Below are positions 21,401 to 32,056 of a DNA stretch of 64,000 bases, piece by piece. The DNA comes from Sedimentisphaerales bacterium (GTDB lineage Bacteria; Planctomycetota; Phycisphaerae; Sedimentisphaerales; Anaerobacaceae): the NCBI GenBank assembly GCA_963708075.1, contig OY970194.1, positions 1,440,001 through 1,504,000 of the forward strand. The letters are read 5' to 3'. The translations under genes and the position numbers were made by a program. The notes under the pieces are model-generated. The model was given only the letters and a program-made list of their open reading frames with translations, made no database searches and was not told the origin of the DNA. Numbering within the stretch: position 1 is the first letter of the stretch; every line of letters starts with the position of its first letter.

Positions 21401-23602
21401 ATGAATAACGTTTACACGATTTCCAGAGAAATTGGCGGCCGAACACTTTCCATCGAAACGGGCAGGATGGCCCGGCAGGCGGACGGCGCCGTCGTCGTCA
21501 GGTACGGCGATACCATCGTTCTTGTCACCGCGGTCGTCGCTCCACCACGCCAGGAAAGCATTGATTTCTTTCCTTTGAGTGTCGAGTATCGGGAGAAGCA
21601 CAGCGCCGCCGGCAAGTTCCCTGGCGGATTCATCAAGCGGGAGGGCAGACCCTCTACGAAAGAGACCCTCACGGCGAGAATGATTGACAGGCCGCTCCGC
21701 CCGCTGTTCCCGGACGGCTATTTCCAGGAGGTGCAGGTGATCGCCTCCGTGCTCAGCGCGGATCGCGAGAATGATCCCGATATCCCTGCCATGATCGGCG
21801 CCAGTGCGGCGCTGTCGATCAGCAAAATCCCATTCATCGGGCCCATCGGCGCCTGCCGCCTGGGCAGGGTCAACGGCGAGTTCCTCATCAATCCGACCCA
21901 TACTCAGATGGAAACCAGCGACATCAACGTGCTTGTCGGCGGCCGAAAGGAAGCCATCAACATGCTCGAGGTCGGCGCCAAGGAACTGTCGGAGGATGTC
22001 GTCGCCGAGGCCATCGCCAAGGCCCATGAGGGCGTGCAGCAGATCATCGAGATGATCGAGGAGCTGCAGCAGAAGGTTGGCGTACCGAAAGAAGCCCCTG
22101 TCGTCGAGATCGACAAGGAACTCTATGGGAAGGTGAAGGCGGAGGTTGGCGGGCGACTGCGCGAGCTGAAGGGCATCGCCGGCAAACAGGAGCGAAATAC
22201 AGCGGTTAACACATTCTTCGATGAGATTCGAGCCCGGTACGTTGAGGCCGCTGAGGCGGGGGCCGACGCACCCAAGGTCGATCCCGCGATGCTCAAGCGT
22301 ATCCTGAGCGAGATTGAGAGCGAAGTAGTCCGGAAGATGATTCTGGACGAGGGCATCCGGCCTGATGGAAGGTCATACACGCAGGTACGCCCGATCGAAT
22401 GCGAAGTGGGCTTGCTGCCCAGAACGCACGGCTCGGCCCTGTTTACCCGGGGCGAAACCCAGGCCTTGGTCACCGCGACCCTGGGCACGATCCGCGACGC
22501 CCAGATCATCGACGGCCTGCTGGATGAGTATGCCCAGAGCTTCACGTTGCACTACAACTTCCCGCCGTTCGCGGTGGGAGAGGTCAAGCCCGTCCGCGGG
22601 CCCGGCCGACGGGAGATCGGCCACGGGGCGCTGGCGGAGAAGGCCTTGGAGTGGATGCGACCCCCGGAAGGGGAGTTCGCGTATACGGTGCGTCTCGTCT
22701 CCGACATTACCGAATCGAATGGATCCAGCTCCATGGCGTCAGTCTGCGGAGGCTCGTTGGCCCTGATGGACGCCGGCGTTCCCATCGCAAGGACTGTGGC
22801 GGGCATTTCCATCGGGATGGTTAGCGATGACAGTGGCCGGCACGTGCTCCTCACGGATATCCTCGGCGAGGAGGACCACCTCGGCGATATGGATTTCAAG
22901 GTGGCCGGTACAACGGCCGGCATCACGGCAATCCAACTCGACATCAAGGCGGCGGGGCTTGCCCACAATGTTATGATGGAAGCCCTGGCCCAGGCAAAGA
23001 CCGCGAGACTTGAGATCATCCAGAACATGGAACGCGTGATTAGTGCTCCGCGGGCCGAGTTGAGCCAGTATGCACCGAAGCTCGTTACCATCGAAATCGA
23101 TCCGGAGTACATCGGCAAGGTTATTGGCCCCGGCGGCAAGATGATCAAGAGCCTGCAGGAGCAGACCGAGACGAACATCGAGATCGAAGAAGACGGTACG
23201 ATCTACATCAGTTGCGTCGGTGGCGACGGGCACCTGCGAGCCAAAGAGATGATCGAGGCCATGACGCGGCCGCCGGAGATTGGCAAGCTCTACAAGGAGT
23301 CGAAGGTCGTCTCCGCCAAGGATTTCGGCGTCTTCGTCGAGTTTGTCCCGGGCGTCGAAGGCCTGTGCCATATCAGCGAGCTCAGCGAAGGGTACATCAA
23401 GCACGTCGATGAAGTCTGCAAAGTCGGCGATGTGATCCCCGTCAAGCTGCTCTCCGTTGATGAGCAGGGCCGGTACAAGCTGTCCCGCAAGGCGGCCCTG
23501 GCCGAGATGGGCATCAAGGAAGAGAGGAAGCCAAGGCCCGCTGGTGAAGGAAGGCCATCAGGTGAAGGAAGGTCGTCAGGAAGAAGGCCGCCGCGGCACT
23601 GA
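21401..23602 (+). CDS. pnp: Polyribonucleotide nucleotidyltransferase
   Basis: DFFPL, FIKREGRP, RREIGHG, ESNGSSSMAS, GDMDFKVAG, KH and S1 domains; follows rpsO. Confidence 0.98.
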   Translation: MNNVYTISREIGGRTLSIETGRMARQADGAVVVRYGDTIVLVTAVVAPPRQESIDFFPLSVEYREKHSAAGKFPGGFIKREGRPSTKETLTARMIDRPLRPLFPDGYFQEVQVIASVLSADRENDPDIPAMIGASAALSISKIPFIGPIGACRLGRVNGEFLINPTHTQMETSDINVLVGGRKEAINMLEVGAKELSEDVVAEAIAKAHEGVQQIIEMIEELQQKVGVPKEAPVVEIDKELYGKVKAEVGGRLRELKGIAGKQERNTAVNTFFDEIRARYVEAAEAGADAPKVDPAMLKRILSEIESEVVRKMILDEGIRPDGRSYTQVRPIECEVGLLPRTHGSALFTRGETQALVTATLGTIRDAQIIDGLLDEYAQSFTLHYNFPPFAVGEVKPVRGPGRREIGHGALAEKALEWMRPPEGEFAYTVRLVSDITESNGSSSMASVCGGSLALMDAGVPIARTVAGISIGMVSDDSGRHVLLTDILGEEDHLGDMDFKVAGTTAGITAIQLDIKAAGLAHNVMMEALAQAKTARLEIIQNMERVISAPRAELSQYAPKLVTIEIDPEYIGKVIGPGGKMIKSLQEQTETNIEIEEDGTIYISCVGGDGHLRAKEMIEAMTRPPEIGKLYKESKVVSAKDFGVFVEFVPGVEGLCHISELSEGYIKHVDEVCKVGDVIPVKLLSVDEQGRYKLSRKAALAEMGIKEERKPRPAGEGRPSGEGRSSGRRPPRH

Positions 23603-23740
23603 TCCTGACGCATCGATAGATTGACTTACGCATGGAAAGCCGAAACTCAAGGCACTGCGGCTCGACAAACGGGACGCTGTTCCTTGAGATTTCGGCTCTA
23701 TGTTTTTGGTATCGGGGGGATATAGCCGGATGGCAGACGC

Positions 23741-24598
23741 GTGAGTGATTTCATCACAGGACTGTGTGTTGCTTGCCTCGTAGTGGTGCCGGTCGCCGCG
23801 GTGTTGTTTCACAGGAAGGCCCGGCAGGTGCGCGACCTCAACGCCCGGAAGATGGATGTCGATGAGGAGCTTACCCGGCTCACCGGCGAGCTCGCCCACG
23901 AGATCAGGAACCCACTGTCCACCATCAAGATCAACCTCAAGCTGACGGAAGAGGCGTTGGCGGAAGTGGCCTCGGCGGAGTCAGGCAACGCGCTGTCGGA
24001 CCCTCATCGGCAAAGGCTCGCCAACTCGCTGCGGAAGATCACGGTGATTCAGAAGGAGATGGATCGTCTCGAGCAGATCCTGGACGGCTTCCTCCGATAC
24101 GTCCGCCGGCCGGACCTGCAGCTTGCGACCACGGATTTGAACGAGTTGGTCAGTGATATGATCGACTTCTATTCGCCCCAGGCACACAGTCACGCCTTGA
24201 CGGTCCGGCACGGTTTCTGCGCCGAGCCGCTGGTGTGCAGGGTCGACCCAGGCGCGTTGAAACAAGTGCTATTGAATCTCTTCATCAATGCCCAGCAGGC
24301 AATGGACCATGGCGGCGAGCTGCTGATCCGCACGTTGCGCCGCCCCGGTTCCGCCGTCCTCCAGATCAGCGACACCGGCAAAGGCATTCCGCCGGACAGA
24401 CTGCCCACGATCTTCCGGCCGTACTCCTCCTCCCGTTCGGGTGGCACGGGCCTGGGACTCGCTACAGCCAGGAAGATCATCGAAGCTCATCACGGGACAA
24501 TCGCGGTCCACAGCGAACTGGGCAAAGGCACCTCTTTTACAGTCGAGCTGCCGCTGATCGATACTGACGCCGGCACAAGCGAATCGACCGAGAACTGA
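23741..24598 (+). CDS. Sensor histidine kinase with single TM and no periplasmic sensor
   Basis: LAHEIRNPL H-box, LNLFINAQQAM, DTGKGI, GTGLGL. Confidence 0.92.
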   Translation: MSDFITGLCVACLVVVPVAAVLFHRKARQVRDLNARKMDVDEELTRLTGELAHEIRNPLSTIKINLKLTEEALAEVASAESGNALSDPHRQRLANSLRKITVIQKEMDRLEQILDGFLRYVRRPDLQLATTDLNELVSDMIDFYSPQAHSHALTVRHGFCAEPLVCRVDPGALKQVLLNLFINAQQAMDHGGELLIRTLRRPGSAVLQISDTGKGIPPDRLPTIFRPYSSSRSGGTGLGLATARKIIEAHHGTIAVHSELGKGTSFTVELPLIDTDAGTSESTEN

Positions 24599-24634
24599 AG
24601 CGAAGCGTGCTCTTTCCAGGTTTTCGTGGCTGGC

Positions 24635-25288
24635 CTATCCCTGAATTCCCATCGGTATGGCAGCGGCTTTTTCGTTGGCTTCGCGGAGGACCTGTGCATT
24701 GTGACTGGCTTGCTGCTCCAGCAGGCATTGCTGTAAGAGCGACAGAGACTCTTCATGCCGTCCGAGCAGGCCGAGGGCCGTGGCCATGTTGGCTCGGTAT
24801 TTCTTGTTGTCCGGCTGGAGGCCCGCCGCCTGCGTGAAACGTTGGAGTGCGTTCGCGTACTCTCTGCGGATCATCAGGCACATTCCCAGGTTGTTCAGCA
24901 ACACGGGATCCTCCGGCCGGATCTGAAGCGCCGCGGTCAACACCAGAACCGCTTCGTTGGCTCGCCCCTGACGCATCAGCAACTCCGCCAGATGGTTGTA
25001 TGCCGGCATGAACTGCGGATACTCCTGGATGCACCGTTTCAGGACGAACTCGCATTGCCGGTCCTTGCCCTGCGTCGCAAGGATGCCTGCCATCGTGAAA
25101 AGAGTCTTCTGCGTGGGAGGGCGATCCTGTCGCATCTCGAACTCAGGAGGCGGGTCTTTCATTTTGGACGTGTACCTTGCATCGTACCGCTGCTGTCCCT
25201 CGCAGCCGCCAAGCATCATCCCCGCCAAGTACACCAGAGCCGCCAGGAATCCGGATACCTCCCGACCAGTAGACCGCCAATCGATCAT
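24635..25288 (-). CDS. TadD-like TPR lipoprotein (putative pilotin)
   Basis: MLGGC lipobox, TPR repeats (LNNLGMCL); end of the tad operon. Confidence 0.7.
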   Translation of the reverse strand: MIDWRSTGREVSGFLAALVYLAGMMLGGCEGQQRYDARYTSKMKDPPPEFEMRQDRPPTQKTLFTMAGILATQGKDRQCEFVLKRCIQEYPQFMPAYNHLAELLMRQGRANEAVLVLTAALQIRPEDPVLLNNLGMCLMIRREYANALQRFTQAAGLQPDNKKYRANMATALGLLGRHEESLSLLQQCLLEQQASHNAQVLREANEKAAAIPMGIQG

Positions 25289-25779
25289 TCTGTGATTCTC
25301 CCGGTGCCCGACGTTCTCCTCGTCGTGTACCTCTTGTCGGTGGATTCAATGAGAATCATGACCACGCGCTCCGAAGGCAAGCCCGTCCCGCCTGGCATTC
25401 CATCGGAAATGCTCATCTGGTCGGCGCTGACGCCGGCCTGCTTGAGTTGCTGAACGGCCTGGGCCACTCTCGCGTCGTACAACTCCGCAGGGGTATCTCC
25501 CCGCCGGATGTTCAGCGAACCCGGGTGCTTCGCAAAGTGCCTGGCCAGCACGGCGAGATCTCGCTGTCCAAGCTTGTTGAGCGTCTCGCCGTCCTGAACG
25601 AAGTGGTACGGATACAGGGTGTGTTGCGCGACGATCGCATTCTCCAGCTCGATGTTGTTGAGCACGTTGACCAGCTCCATGTCAAGCTTCTTCCCCGCCT
25701 CCTGCTTGCTGACCCGCTCCTCGCATCCAACCAGGAGACTGCACACAACACACATTGTCACGACATCTGCGAACTTCAT
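25285..25779 (-). CDS. Tad-associated lipoprotein (CpaD/RcpB-like position)
   Basis: LLVGC lipobox; YPYHF..LNKLG..L pattern; lies between tadC and tadD. Confidence 0.55.
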   Translation of the reverse strand: MKFADVVTMCVVCSLLVGCEERVSKQEAGKKLDMELVNVLNNIELENAIVAQHTLYPYHFVQDGETLNKLGQRDLAVLARHFAKHPGSLNIRRGDTPAELYDARVAQAVQQLKQAGVSADQMSISDGMPGGTGLPSERVVMILIESTDKRYTTRRTSGTGRITE

Positions 25780-25827
25780 GAAATGTCCTCCTTGCACCCA
25801 ACGTAATTACACTGGCCTGACCGGTCC

Positions 25828-26775
25828 TTAGCCCTGGAACAGCAGGGTACGCGCGATTTTGACGACGGCGGGTCCCACGGTTACCATGATCACCGCCGGA
25901 AAGATGAACAGCACCATCGGGATAATCAACTTCACCGCCATCCTCTCGGCTCCCTCCTCCGCCATCAATCTTCGTTCGTCCCGCATGGAGGCGGCGAATT
26001 CGCGAAGGGCTACCGCCACGCTCGTGCCGAACCGTTCGCTTTGCACCAGGATGGCGGCCAGAGAGGAGAGCTGATCGGCCCCCGTACGCATGGCCATGTT
26101 CCGCATGGCGTCGGTCCTGCTGGCGCCCAGATGAATCTCGAAGTTGCTCAGGTCCATCGCGGTGGCCAGGACCGGACTGACATGGTGCACCTCACCGGCC
26201 ACCATGTTCCACGCCATGTCCAATCCGATTCCCGAGGAAACACAGATTTCCAGGAGATCCACCACGTCGGGCAGGTAATGGCGAATCTCCTCCCGGCGCT
26301 TCTTCTCCTTGGTCAGCACGATTAGATTGGGCACGAAGAATGGGGCGATGCCGCCGAGAGAGATCATCCACATTTTTTGAATCATGCTCTTGTCGGTGGG
26401 CATCACCAGGATCGCCGTGCCCACAAGTCCGCCGAGAAACAGCAGGATCTTGATTCCGGTGTACACGGCCGGGGCGTTGCGGCCCAGGTACCCGGCGCGG
26501 ATCAACTGCTCCCACAGGTTCGTGCTGGCATGGCCGTGGGAGACGAAGTTGCCGACCTGCTCGAGCAGGCGCAGGAGCCGGGATTTCCTTACGGCCTCGC
26601 TCGCTGCGGCGTGGCCCGCCATCGCCAGTCTCCTGCGCACTACGCTTTTGTGCTGCTCGCGAAAAAAGAGGATGGCGCTGCCGATGAAGATCACCGAAAC
26701 GAAGCAGAGCAGCGCGACAAGCATTTCCGGCCTGCCGCCGTATACGTCGATATACCTGACAATGTCTTTTAGCAT
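25828..26775 (-). CDS. tadC: Tad pilus inner-membrane platform protein
   Basis: LPDVVDLLEICVSSGIGLD, QSERFGTS, KLIIPMVLFIFP. Confidence 0.92.
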   Translation of the reverse strand: MLKDIVRYIDVYGGRPEMLVALLCFVSVIFIGSAILFFREQHKSVVRRRLAMAGHAAASEAVRKSRLLRLLEQVGNFVSHGHASTNLWEQLIRAGYLGRNAPAVYTGIKILLFLGGLVGTAILVMPTDKSMIQKMWMISLGGIAPFFVPNLIVLTKEKKRREEIRHYLPDVVDLLEICVSSGIGLDMAWNMVAGEVHHVSPVLATAMDLSNFEIHLGASRTDAMRNMAMRTGADQLSSLAAILVQSERFGTSVAVALREFAASMRDERRLMAEEGAERMAVKLIIPMVLFIFPAVIMVTVGPAVVKIARTLLFQG

Positions 26776-26793
26776 CGTGTGCCGGGCCTCAAA

Positions 26794-27771
26794 TCAATAC
26801 CGTAACACCGAGAGCCTTCTCATCAACCAGACGCCAAACAAAACGCTTACGACCGTGGCCACCAGCATGTAGCGGCCGGTCCACTCTTTGTAGAAGATCT
26901 GCATGTATGTTGGGGCCACGATGTTCAGGATAATGAACAGCAGGAATGGCAAAGCAACGAGAATGCGCTTGCTCAACTGGGTCTGCGCCGTAAGCACACG
27001 GACCCGGCGGTGCAGCCGCATGCGGGATCGCATCACGGAGGCCAGGGTATCCATCAGTTCCGCGAGGTTGCCGCCACTGTTCATCTGGATCCCCACGGCC
27101 GTGGCGAACAACTTCAGGTCCACGTTGTCGCATGTGGCCGCCACTCGCTGGATGGAGTCCTGCAGATCCAGCCCAAGAGACTGCTCCTGGCAGACCTCGC
27201 CGAAGATGCTGCCGAGCGGGTCGCCCACTTCCTCCGCAATCAACTGAAAAGCGCCGATGAGCGGGTGGCCTGCGCGAAGAGCCCTTGCGGCAATCCCGAG
27301 GGAGTCGACAAATTGCCGCTCGAACAGGGAGACCCGCGTGGCAATCCGCCGTTCCGTCATTATCCAGAAGATCGAGATTACCACGGCCGCCCCGGCCAGG
27401 CCGACCCACGTACCCATGCCCGTCATGACCGCTGTTGCCACGGCCAGAGACGCCACAGCCAGCACGCCGAGAAAGACCATAGGCGCCGGGATCTTCCATC
27501 CGGCATCGGCCCTCAATTTCTCAAGCCGGGAAAACAGGGTCTTCTTCTCCGCCCGATCCGTCTCGCTCCGATCCTTGTACTCCTCGCGCCAGAGTTGCAG
27601 TGCCTGTGACCTCTGGGTATCCGCATCGCCGATGCCCAGCCGTTTCCGCACCTGCCTCTGCCGTCTCACATACTGGATAAACCACAGGGCTACGCAGATA
27701 CTCCACGTAGAGAGAACCAGCACGAAAACCGATGTCATCAAGATCGTGTTGAACAGTTCCTGAGTATTCAT
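26794..27771 (-). CDS. tadB: Tad pilus inner-membrane platform protein
   Basis: ARALRAGH, GGNLAE, VRVLTAQ. Confidence 0.92.
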   Translation of the reverse strand: MNTQELFNTILMTSVFVLVLSTWSICVALWFIQYVRRQRQVRKRLGIGDADTQRSQALQLWREEYKDRSETDRAEKKTLFSRLEKLRADAGWKIPAPMVFLGVLAVASLAVATAVMTGMGTWVGLAGAAVVISIFWIMTERRIATRVSLFERQFVDSLGIAARALRAGHPLIGAFQLIAEEVGDPLGSIFGEVCQEQSLGLDLQDSIQRVAATCDNVDLKLFATAVGIQMNSGGNLAELMDTLASVMRSRMRLHRRVRVLTAQTQLSKRILVALPFLLFIILNIVAPTYMQIFYKEWTGRYMLVATVVSVLFGVWLMRRLSVLRY

Positions 27772-27845
27772 AGGTCAATTCCCATGTCGCAACCAGTCCA
27801 AGCGGAATCCCTGGCGTTTCCGTGCCCTCGCCGGCGAATCGCTGC

Positions 27846-29261
27846 TCACCGGCGCCAGAGTCTGTGGGTCCGGACCTCCTCACCGGCATGCGTCGCCTCG
27901 CTCGTCCGCGTTGGCTCGCGTTTGGGCAGGACTCGATGCTGGAACATTTCGGGCGACATTTCCACGCCCTGGGCCTTGAATCTGGGTAAGAGCCGGGGCC
28001 GCACGCCGCACACCTCGAACTCCCCGTACGCATTACCGTTCTCATCCACTCCCTGCTGGTTGTAGTGGAAGAGGTCGTGGAGGCAGATCGTATCCCCCTC
28101 CATGCCGGTGATCTCCCCGATCTGCACGATCTTGCGTGCCCCGCCGGCCAGCCGGCCCACGTGGATCTGTACGTTCAGCGCGGAACTGATTTGTTCCCGG
28201 ATCGCGCGCACAGGGTAATTGATGCCGGCCATGCTCACCATGTTCTCGAGCCTGCGCAGCGCGTCCCTCGGACTGTTGGCGTGCACCGTGGTCATGGAGC
28301 CCTCGTGGCCGGTGTTCATGGCCTGGAGCATGTCGAGCGTTTCGTCGCCGCGGACTTCGCCGATGATGATGCGGTCCGGCCGCATACGCAGGCTGTTCCG
28401 CAGCAGGTCGCGCTGAGTGATTTCGCCCTTGCCTTCGATGTTCGGCGGCCGCGTCTCCAGCCGCACCACGTGCTCCCGCTGAAGTTGCAGTTCCGCCGCG
28501 TCCTCGATCGAAACCACTCGCTCGCCCGCCGGAATCCACTTGGACAGGGCATTCAGCAGGGTGGTCTTGCCCGTCCCCGTGCCGCCTGAAATAAGGATGT
28601 TCATCTTGCACTGGACACAGGCCTCGATGAACAAGGCCATCTCGTCACGCAAAGCGTCCCCCTCGATCATCCGTTCCATATCCAGCGGATTCGTGCCGAA
28701 ACGCCGGATGCTCAGGGCGGGCCCGTCCAGCGCCAGCGGCGGCACAATCGCATTGACGCGTGAGCCGTCGGGCAGGCGGGCGTCGAGCATCGGGGTACTC
28801 TCGTCCACTCGACGTCCTACGTTGTCCGCGATCCGCCGGATCACGCGTATAAGGTGATCGTCATCGAGGAACGTGGCATCCGTCGGCTCCAGCCTGCCGT
28901 TGCGCTCGATGTAGACCTTTTTCGGGCCGTTCACGAGAATATCGCTGATGCACGGATCCCGGAGGAACTCATCGAGCGGCCCGTAGCCGAACACCTCGTC
29001 CATGACCTCCCGGATCAGTTGCTGTTTCTCCGGCGCGGAGAGGGGAAACTTCTCCTCCGTGAGCAACACATTGACGCGCTCGGCGCACTGGGAATGCAGC
29101 TGATCGAGCGAGAGCCGCCGGGCTTCGCTCAGATCGAGCACCTGCAGCAGCTTGCGATGCACTTTCGCCTTGATGTGCAACGTCGTCGTATCCGTGTGAC
29201 TGTGGCCGTTCGCCGCCGGGTCTTCCATTTGTTTCTTGAGCACGTTCGGGCCCTCTCTCAT
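27846..29261 (-). CDS. cpaF: Tad pilus assembly ATPase CpaF/TadA
   Basis: [48 protein letters not shown]. Confidence 0.95.
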   Translation of the reverse strand: MREGPNVLKKQMEDPAANGHSHTDTTTLHIKAKVHRKLLQVLDLSEARRLSLDQLHSQCAERVNVLLTEEKFPLSAPEKQQLIREVMDEVFGYGPLDEFLRDPCISDILVNGPKKVYIERNGRLEPTDATFLDDDHLIRVIRRIADNVGRRVDESTPMLDARLPDGSRVNAIVPPLALDGPALSIRRFGTNPLDMERMIEGDALRDEMALFIEACVQCKMNILISGGTGTGKTTLLNALSKWIPAGERVVSIEDAAELQLQREHVVRLETRPPNIEGKGEITQRDLLRNSLRMRPDRIIIGEVRGDETLDMLQAMNTGHEGSMTTVHANSPRDALRRLENMVSMAGINYPVRAIREQISSALNVQIHVGRLAGGARKIVQIGEITGMEGDTICLHDLFHYNQQGVDENGNAYGEFEVCGVRPRLLPRFKAQGVEMSPEMFQHRVLPKREPTRTSEATHAGEEVRTHRLWRR

Positions 29262-29275
29262 TACGTGTTTGCGTT

Positions 29276-30418
29276 TTACGTCCCCGTATGGATTCTCAAG
29301 GCCAGTTTGTGAAGGTCGCGCCGCAGTCCTGATCTTTGGGCGACGCCGGCCAGCGGCTGGCCCTGGTTCATGCTCTTGATCACTTTTCGCCAATCGCTCC
29401 GGACGCTGCACATGGACTTCATGCCGATCGCGTCCCTGCCTTCTCGGAGCCTCAGCAGGGGGCCTCGCCGGTTCACCCTGTTCGCCACGGGGAGGATTTT
29501 GTCCGGGGCCATTCCCTGGCTTCGCAGGAAGGCGATGGTCGATTTGGCGAACGAGATGTCCCTGACGTTCAGTTGAAAGACGAGGACGACCGTGTGGCTG
29601 ATATTTGCCAGATCGGCCGCCATGCGCTGGGGCAGGCGGGGAGCGTCGATCACGATGTAGCGGTAGGGTTCGCGGCACGCCTCAACGGCTTTGCCAAGGT
29701 TCTCCCATTGCATGGGCAACGATGTATCCACGGAGGCAACGGCCGGACTGAGCAGGACATCGAAACCATCCATGAAGCCGATGGCGCCGGTCTGGATCAA
29801 GTGGCTGTCGATGGCGTCTCCGCGGCTGAGGACATGAGCAATCCCGTAGCTGCCGGAGAGACCAAGGTGGGCGGCCACCGATCCATAGTGCTGGTCCAGG
29901 TCGATGATGAGCACGGACTGCCCGCAGAGCAGCCGCAGCTCGTTGACGAGATTAATCGCCACCGTCGTTGCCCCGCAGCCGCCGCTGCAGGAGAAGACCG
30001 AGATCACGTCCCCGAGCCGGACCGGCGTCTGCGGCTCCCAGGACAACAGACGCTCCAGGATGTTGTCCAGCTCCACTGTGATGTTCTGCTTGCGCAGGAA
30101 ATGCCGGGCGCCGGCCTGCATTGCCTGGAGAATCAGCCCTTCGCTGGAATCCGTGGACAGCACCATGAAGCGGATCTTCGGGTGGGCGGCGATCACCTTG
30201 CTCAGGTCGAACAGGGTCCGCTCAGGGTCGTGATCGATATCGACCATGGCCACGCCGACGTGGCCGTTGGCGCCCGGCCTGGCCAGTCGCACCATCAGCT
30301 CCGTGACGCTTCGGCAGGCGTCGGGGACTCTGTCTCCGCAGCGTGACGCCATCACCGACTGGATCGTCGCCAGGGTCGTCTTGTCCCTTGTCACCATCAA
30401 CACATCGCCGGTGCTCAT
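29276..30418 (-). CDS. cpaE: CpaE/TadZ receiver-like plus MinD-like ATPase
   Basis: AMQAGARHFL receiver; SCSGGCGATT degenerate P-loop; IIDLD; VIDAPR. Confidence 0.85.
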   Translation of the reverse strand: MSTGDVLMVTRDKTTLATIQSVMASRCGDRVPDACRSVTELMVRLARPGANGHVGVAMVDIDHDPERTLFDLSKVIAAHPKIRFMVLSTDSSEGLILQAMQAGARHFLRKQNITVELDNILERLLSWEPQTPVRLGDVISVFSCSGGCGATTVAINLVNELRLLCGQSVLIIDLDQHYGSVAAHLGLSGSYGIAHVLSRGDAIDSHLIQTGAIGFMDGFDVLLSPAVASVDTSLPMQWENLGKAVEACREPYRYIVIDAPRLPQRMAADLANISHTVVLVFQLNVRDISFAKSTIAFLRSQGMAPDKILPVANRVNRRGPLLRLREGRDAIGMKSMCSVRSDWRKVIKSMNQGQPLAGVAQRSGLRRDLHKLALRIHTGT

Positions 30419-30434
30419 CGCCAGATTCCTCGTG

Positions 30435-31973
30435 TCACCTCATCCTCGTCTCGGCCGTCTGCTGTTCGTATGAATCCCAGGCGCCGGGACCTACGAGCTG
30501 ATCTATCCCCATTTCCCGCAGCCACTCGACGGACGCTGGATCGAGCTTCGCCGGTTCGCTGCCTTCCAGGCGACCCTCCAGGTATAGTTCCCAATCGTTC
30601 GGCGGCGTGTAGGTCGCTCCGGGCAGCGGGGGGGCCTGGGCCGTCGACATCGGCTCCACGAGTGATGCCGTGATGAGAATGACCAGCTCTGTTTCCTGGT
30701 TCTTGTACCGCACCGAGCGGAAGAGCGGGCCGAGGACGGGCAGATCGCCGAGGCCGGGAATGCGTGAATTGGTCGTGGTGTCGCTGTACTGAATCAGCCC
30801 GGCCATGGCAAACGACTGGCCGCTCTGGAGCTCCAGCGTCGCCTCGCCCCGCCGTGTGATCAGCGCGGGGACCGAGAAGCCTTGGATGACCAGCGCCCCG
30901 ACGTCGGTCAGCTCACTGACCTCCTGCACCGCATACAGGCGGATGCCACCGTCACCCAACACAATCGGCCGGAACCGCAGCCGGACACCGAACTCCTTGT
31001 ACTGAATTGTGACGGCAGCGGACGCTGCGCCGCTGAGGCTTCCCTGCACGACGGGGATCGGAAACTCGCCGCCTGCCAGGAAATTCGCCTCTTCACCGCT
31101 CAGGGCAACCAGGGTCGGGTTCGCCAGAAGCCGCATGTACTGGTTCTCCGCCAACGCCTGCAGGAAGACCTCCAGGTCGGAGTTCGGGAAGCCCGCGAAG
31201 AGCGTGACAAGCGGGCTGGCGCCGATGCCTCCCTCGGGAGTCACGAACGCCAGGTCGTCACCGGCGAGTTGGTTGCCGGCGGCTCCGATGTTGATGCCCG
31301 GTACGATGGGACCTCCCGTGGAGGAGCCGACCCGCTGGCCGAAGAAGAAGTCACCATCCGTCTGGAATCCGTTGATGCCCAGCGTCTTCAGAGCGGCACG
31401 GCTGACTTCGGCAACCCGGACCTGCAATTGCACCTGCTGGATGCCCGCGACGCTCGTCATGTCCACGTACGTGGTCTTCTTCTGGTCGAGGTAGCGGTGG
31501 AGCTGCTCCGCCTGGTCCGCGCTTCGCAGCAGTCCCCGCACGATGAGGACCTCGCCCGAGTCACTGACCTGCAGTGAAGCTGTGGGAAACAGCGTCTGCA
31601 GGCCCTCGCGGTAGCTCTCCACGTCGATAGTGACTATCAGGCGGCGCTGCCAGGTCTGGCGCTCATCCTCACTCCAGAAGATCAGGTCCGTCGAGCCGAC
31701 CTTGAGGCCCTGGACAAGAACCTGCTCAGGCGTGAGCACCTGGATGCCTGCGATCGTCGGGTCCGTCACGGCCACGCGTGACGTCCGCCACGGTGCCTTG
31801 ATGGGTGTCGAGCGGCCGAGCACAACCGTGATCGTCTCCGCATTTGGATCCGTCGTCGCGTCGTTCGGATCAGTTTGTGCCACCACGGCGCCGACGGTCT
31901 CAAACAGCAGGACAACGGCAGCCAACCATGTCAAAAACAGACTGGACCTCGTTCTTCTCCCTGAAGCGGGCAT
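30435..31973 (-). CDS. cpaC: Tad secretin CpaC/RcpA
   Basis: QVQLQVRVAEVSR, SGEEANFLAGGEFPIP, YKEFGV, IPGLGDLPVLGPLFRS, ETELVI. Confidence 0.93.
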   Translation of the reverse strand: MPASGRRTRSSLFLTWLAAVVLLFETVGAVVAQTDPNDATTDPNAETITVVLGRSTPIKAPWRTSRVAVTDPTIAGIQVLTPEQVLVQGLKVGSTDLIFWSEDERQTWQRRLIVTIDVESYREGLQTLFPTASLQVSDSGEVLIVRGLLRSADQAEQLHRYLDQKKTTYVDMTSVAGIQQVQLQVRVAEVSRAALKTLGINGFQTDGDFFFGQRVGSSTGGPIVPGINIGAAGNQLAGDDLAFVTPEGGIGASPLVTLFAGFPNSDLEVFLQALAENQYMRLLANPTLVALSGEEANFLAGGEFPIPVVQGSLSGAASAAVTIQYKEFGVRLRFRPIVLGDGGIRLYAVQEVSELTDVGALVIQGFSVPALITRRGEATLELQSGQSFAMAGLIQYSDTTTNSRIPGLGDLPVLGPLFRSVRYKNQETELVILITASLVEPMSTAQAPPLPGATYTPPNDWELYLEGRLEGSEPAKLDPASVEWLREMGIDQLVGPGAWDSYEQQTAETRMR

Positions 31974-32056
31974 AAGTCACCCCTCCATGAATAAAATCGT
32001 GTCGTGAAGGCGGCAGGCATGGGCGTCCACGATGCTCTACCCGCCCATACGGTCCT

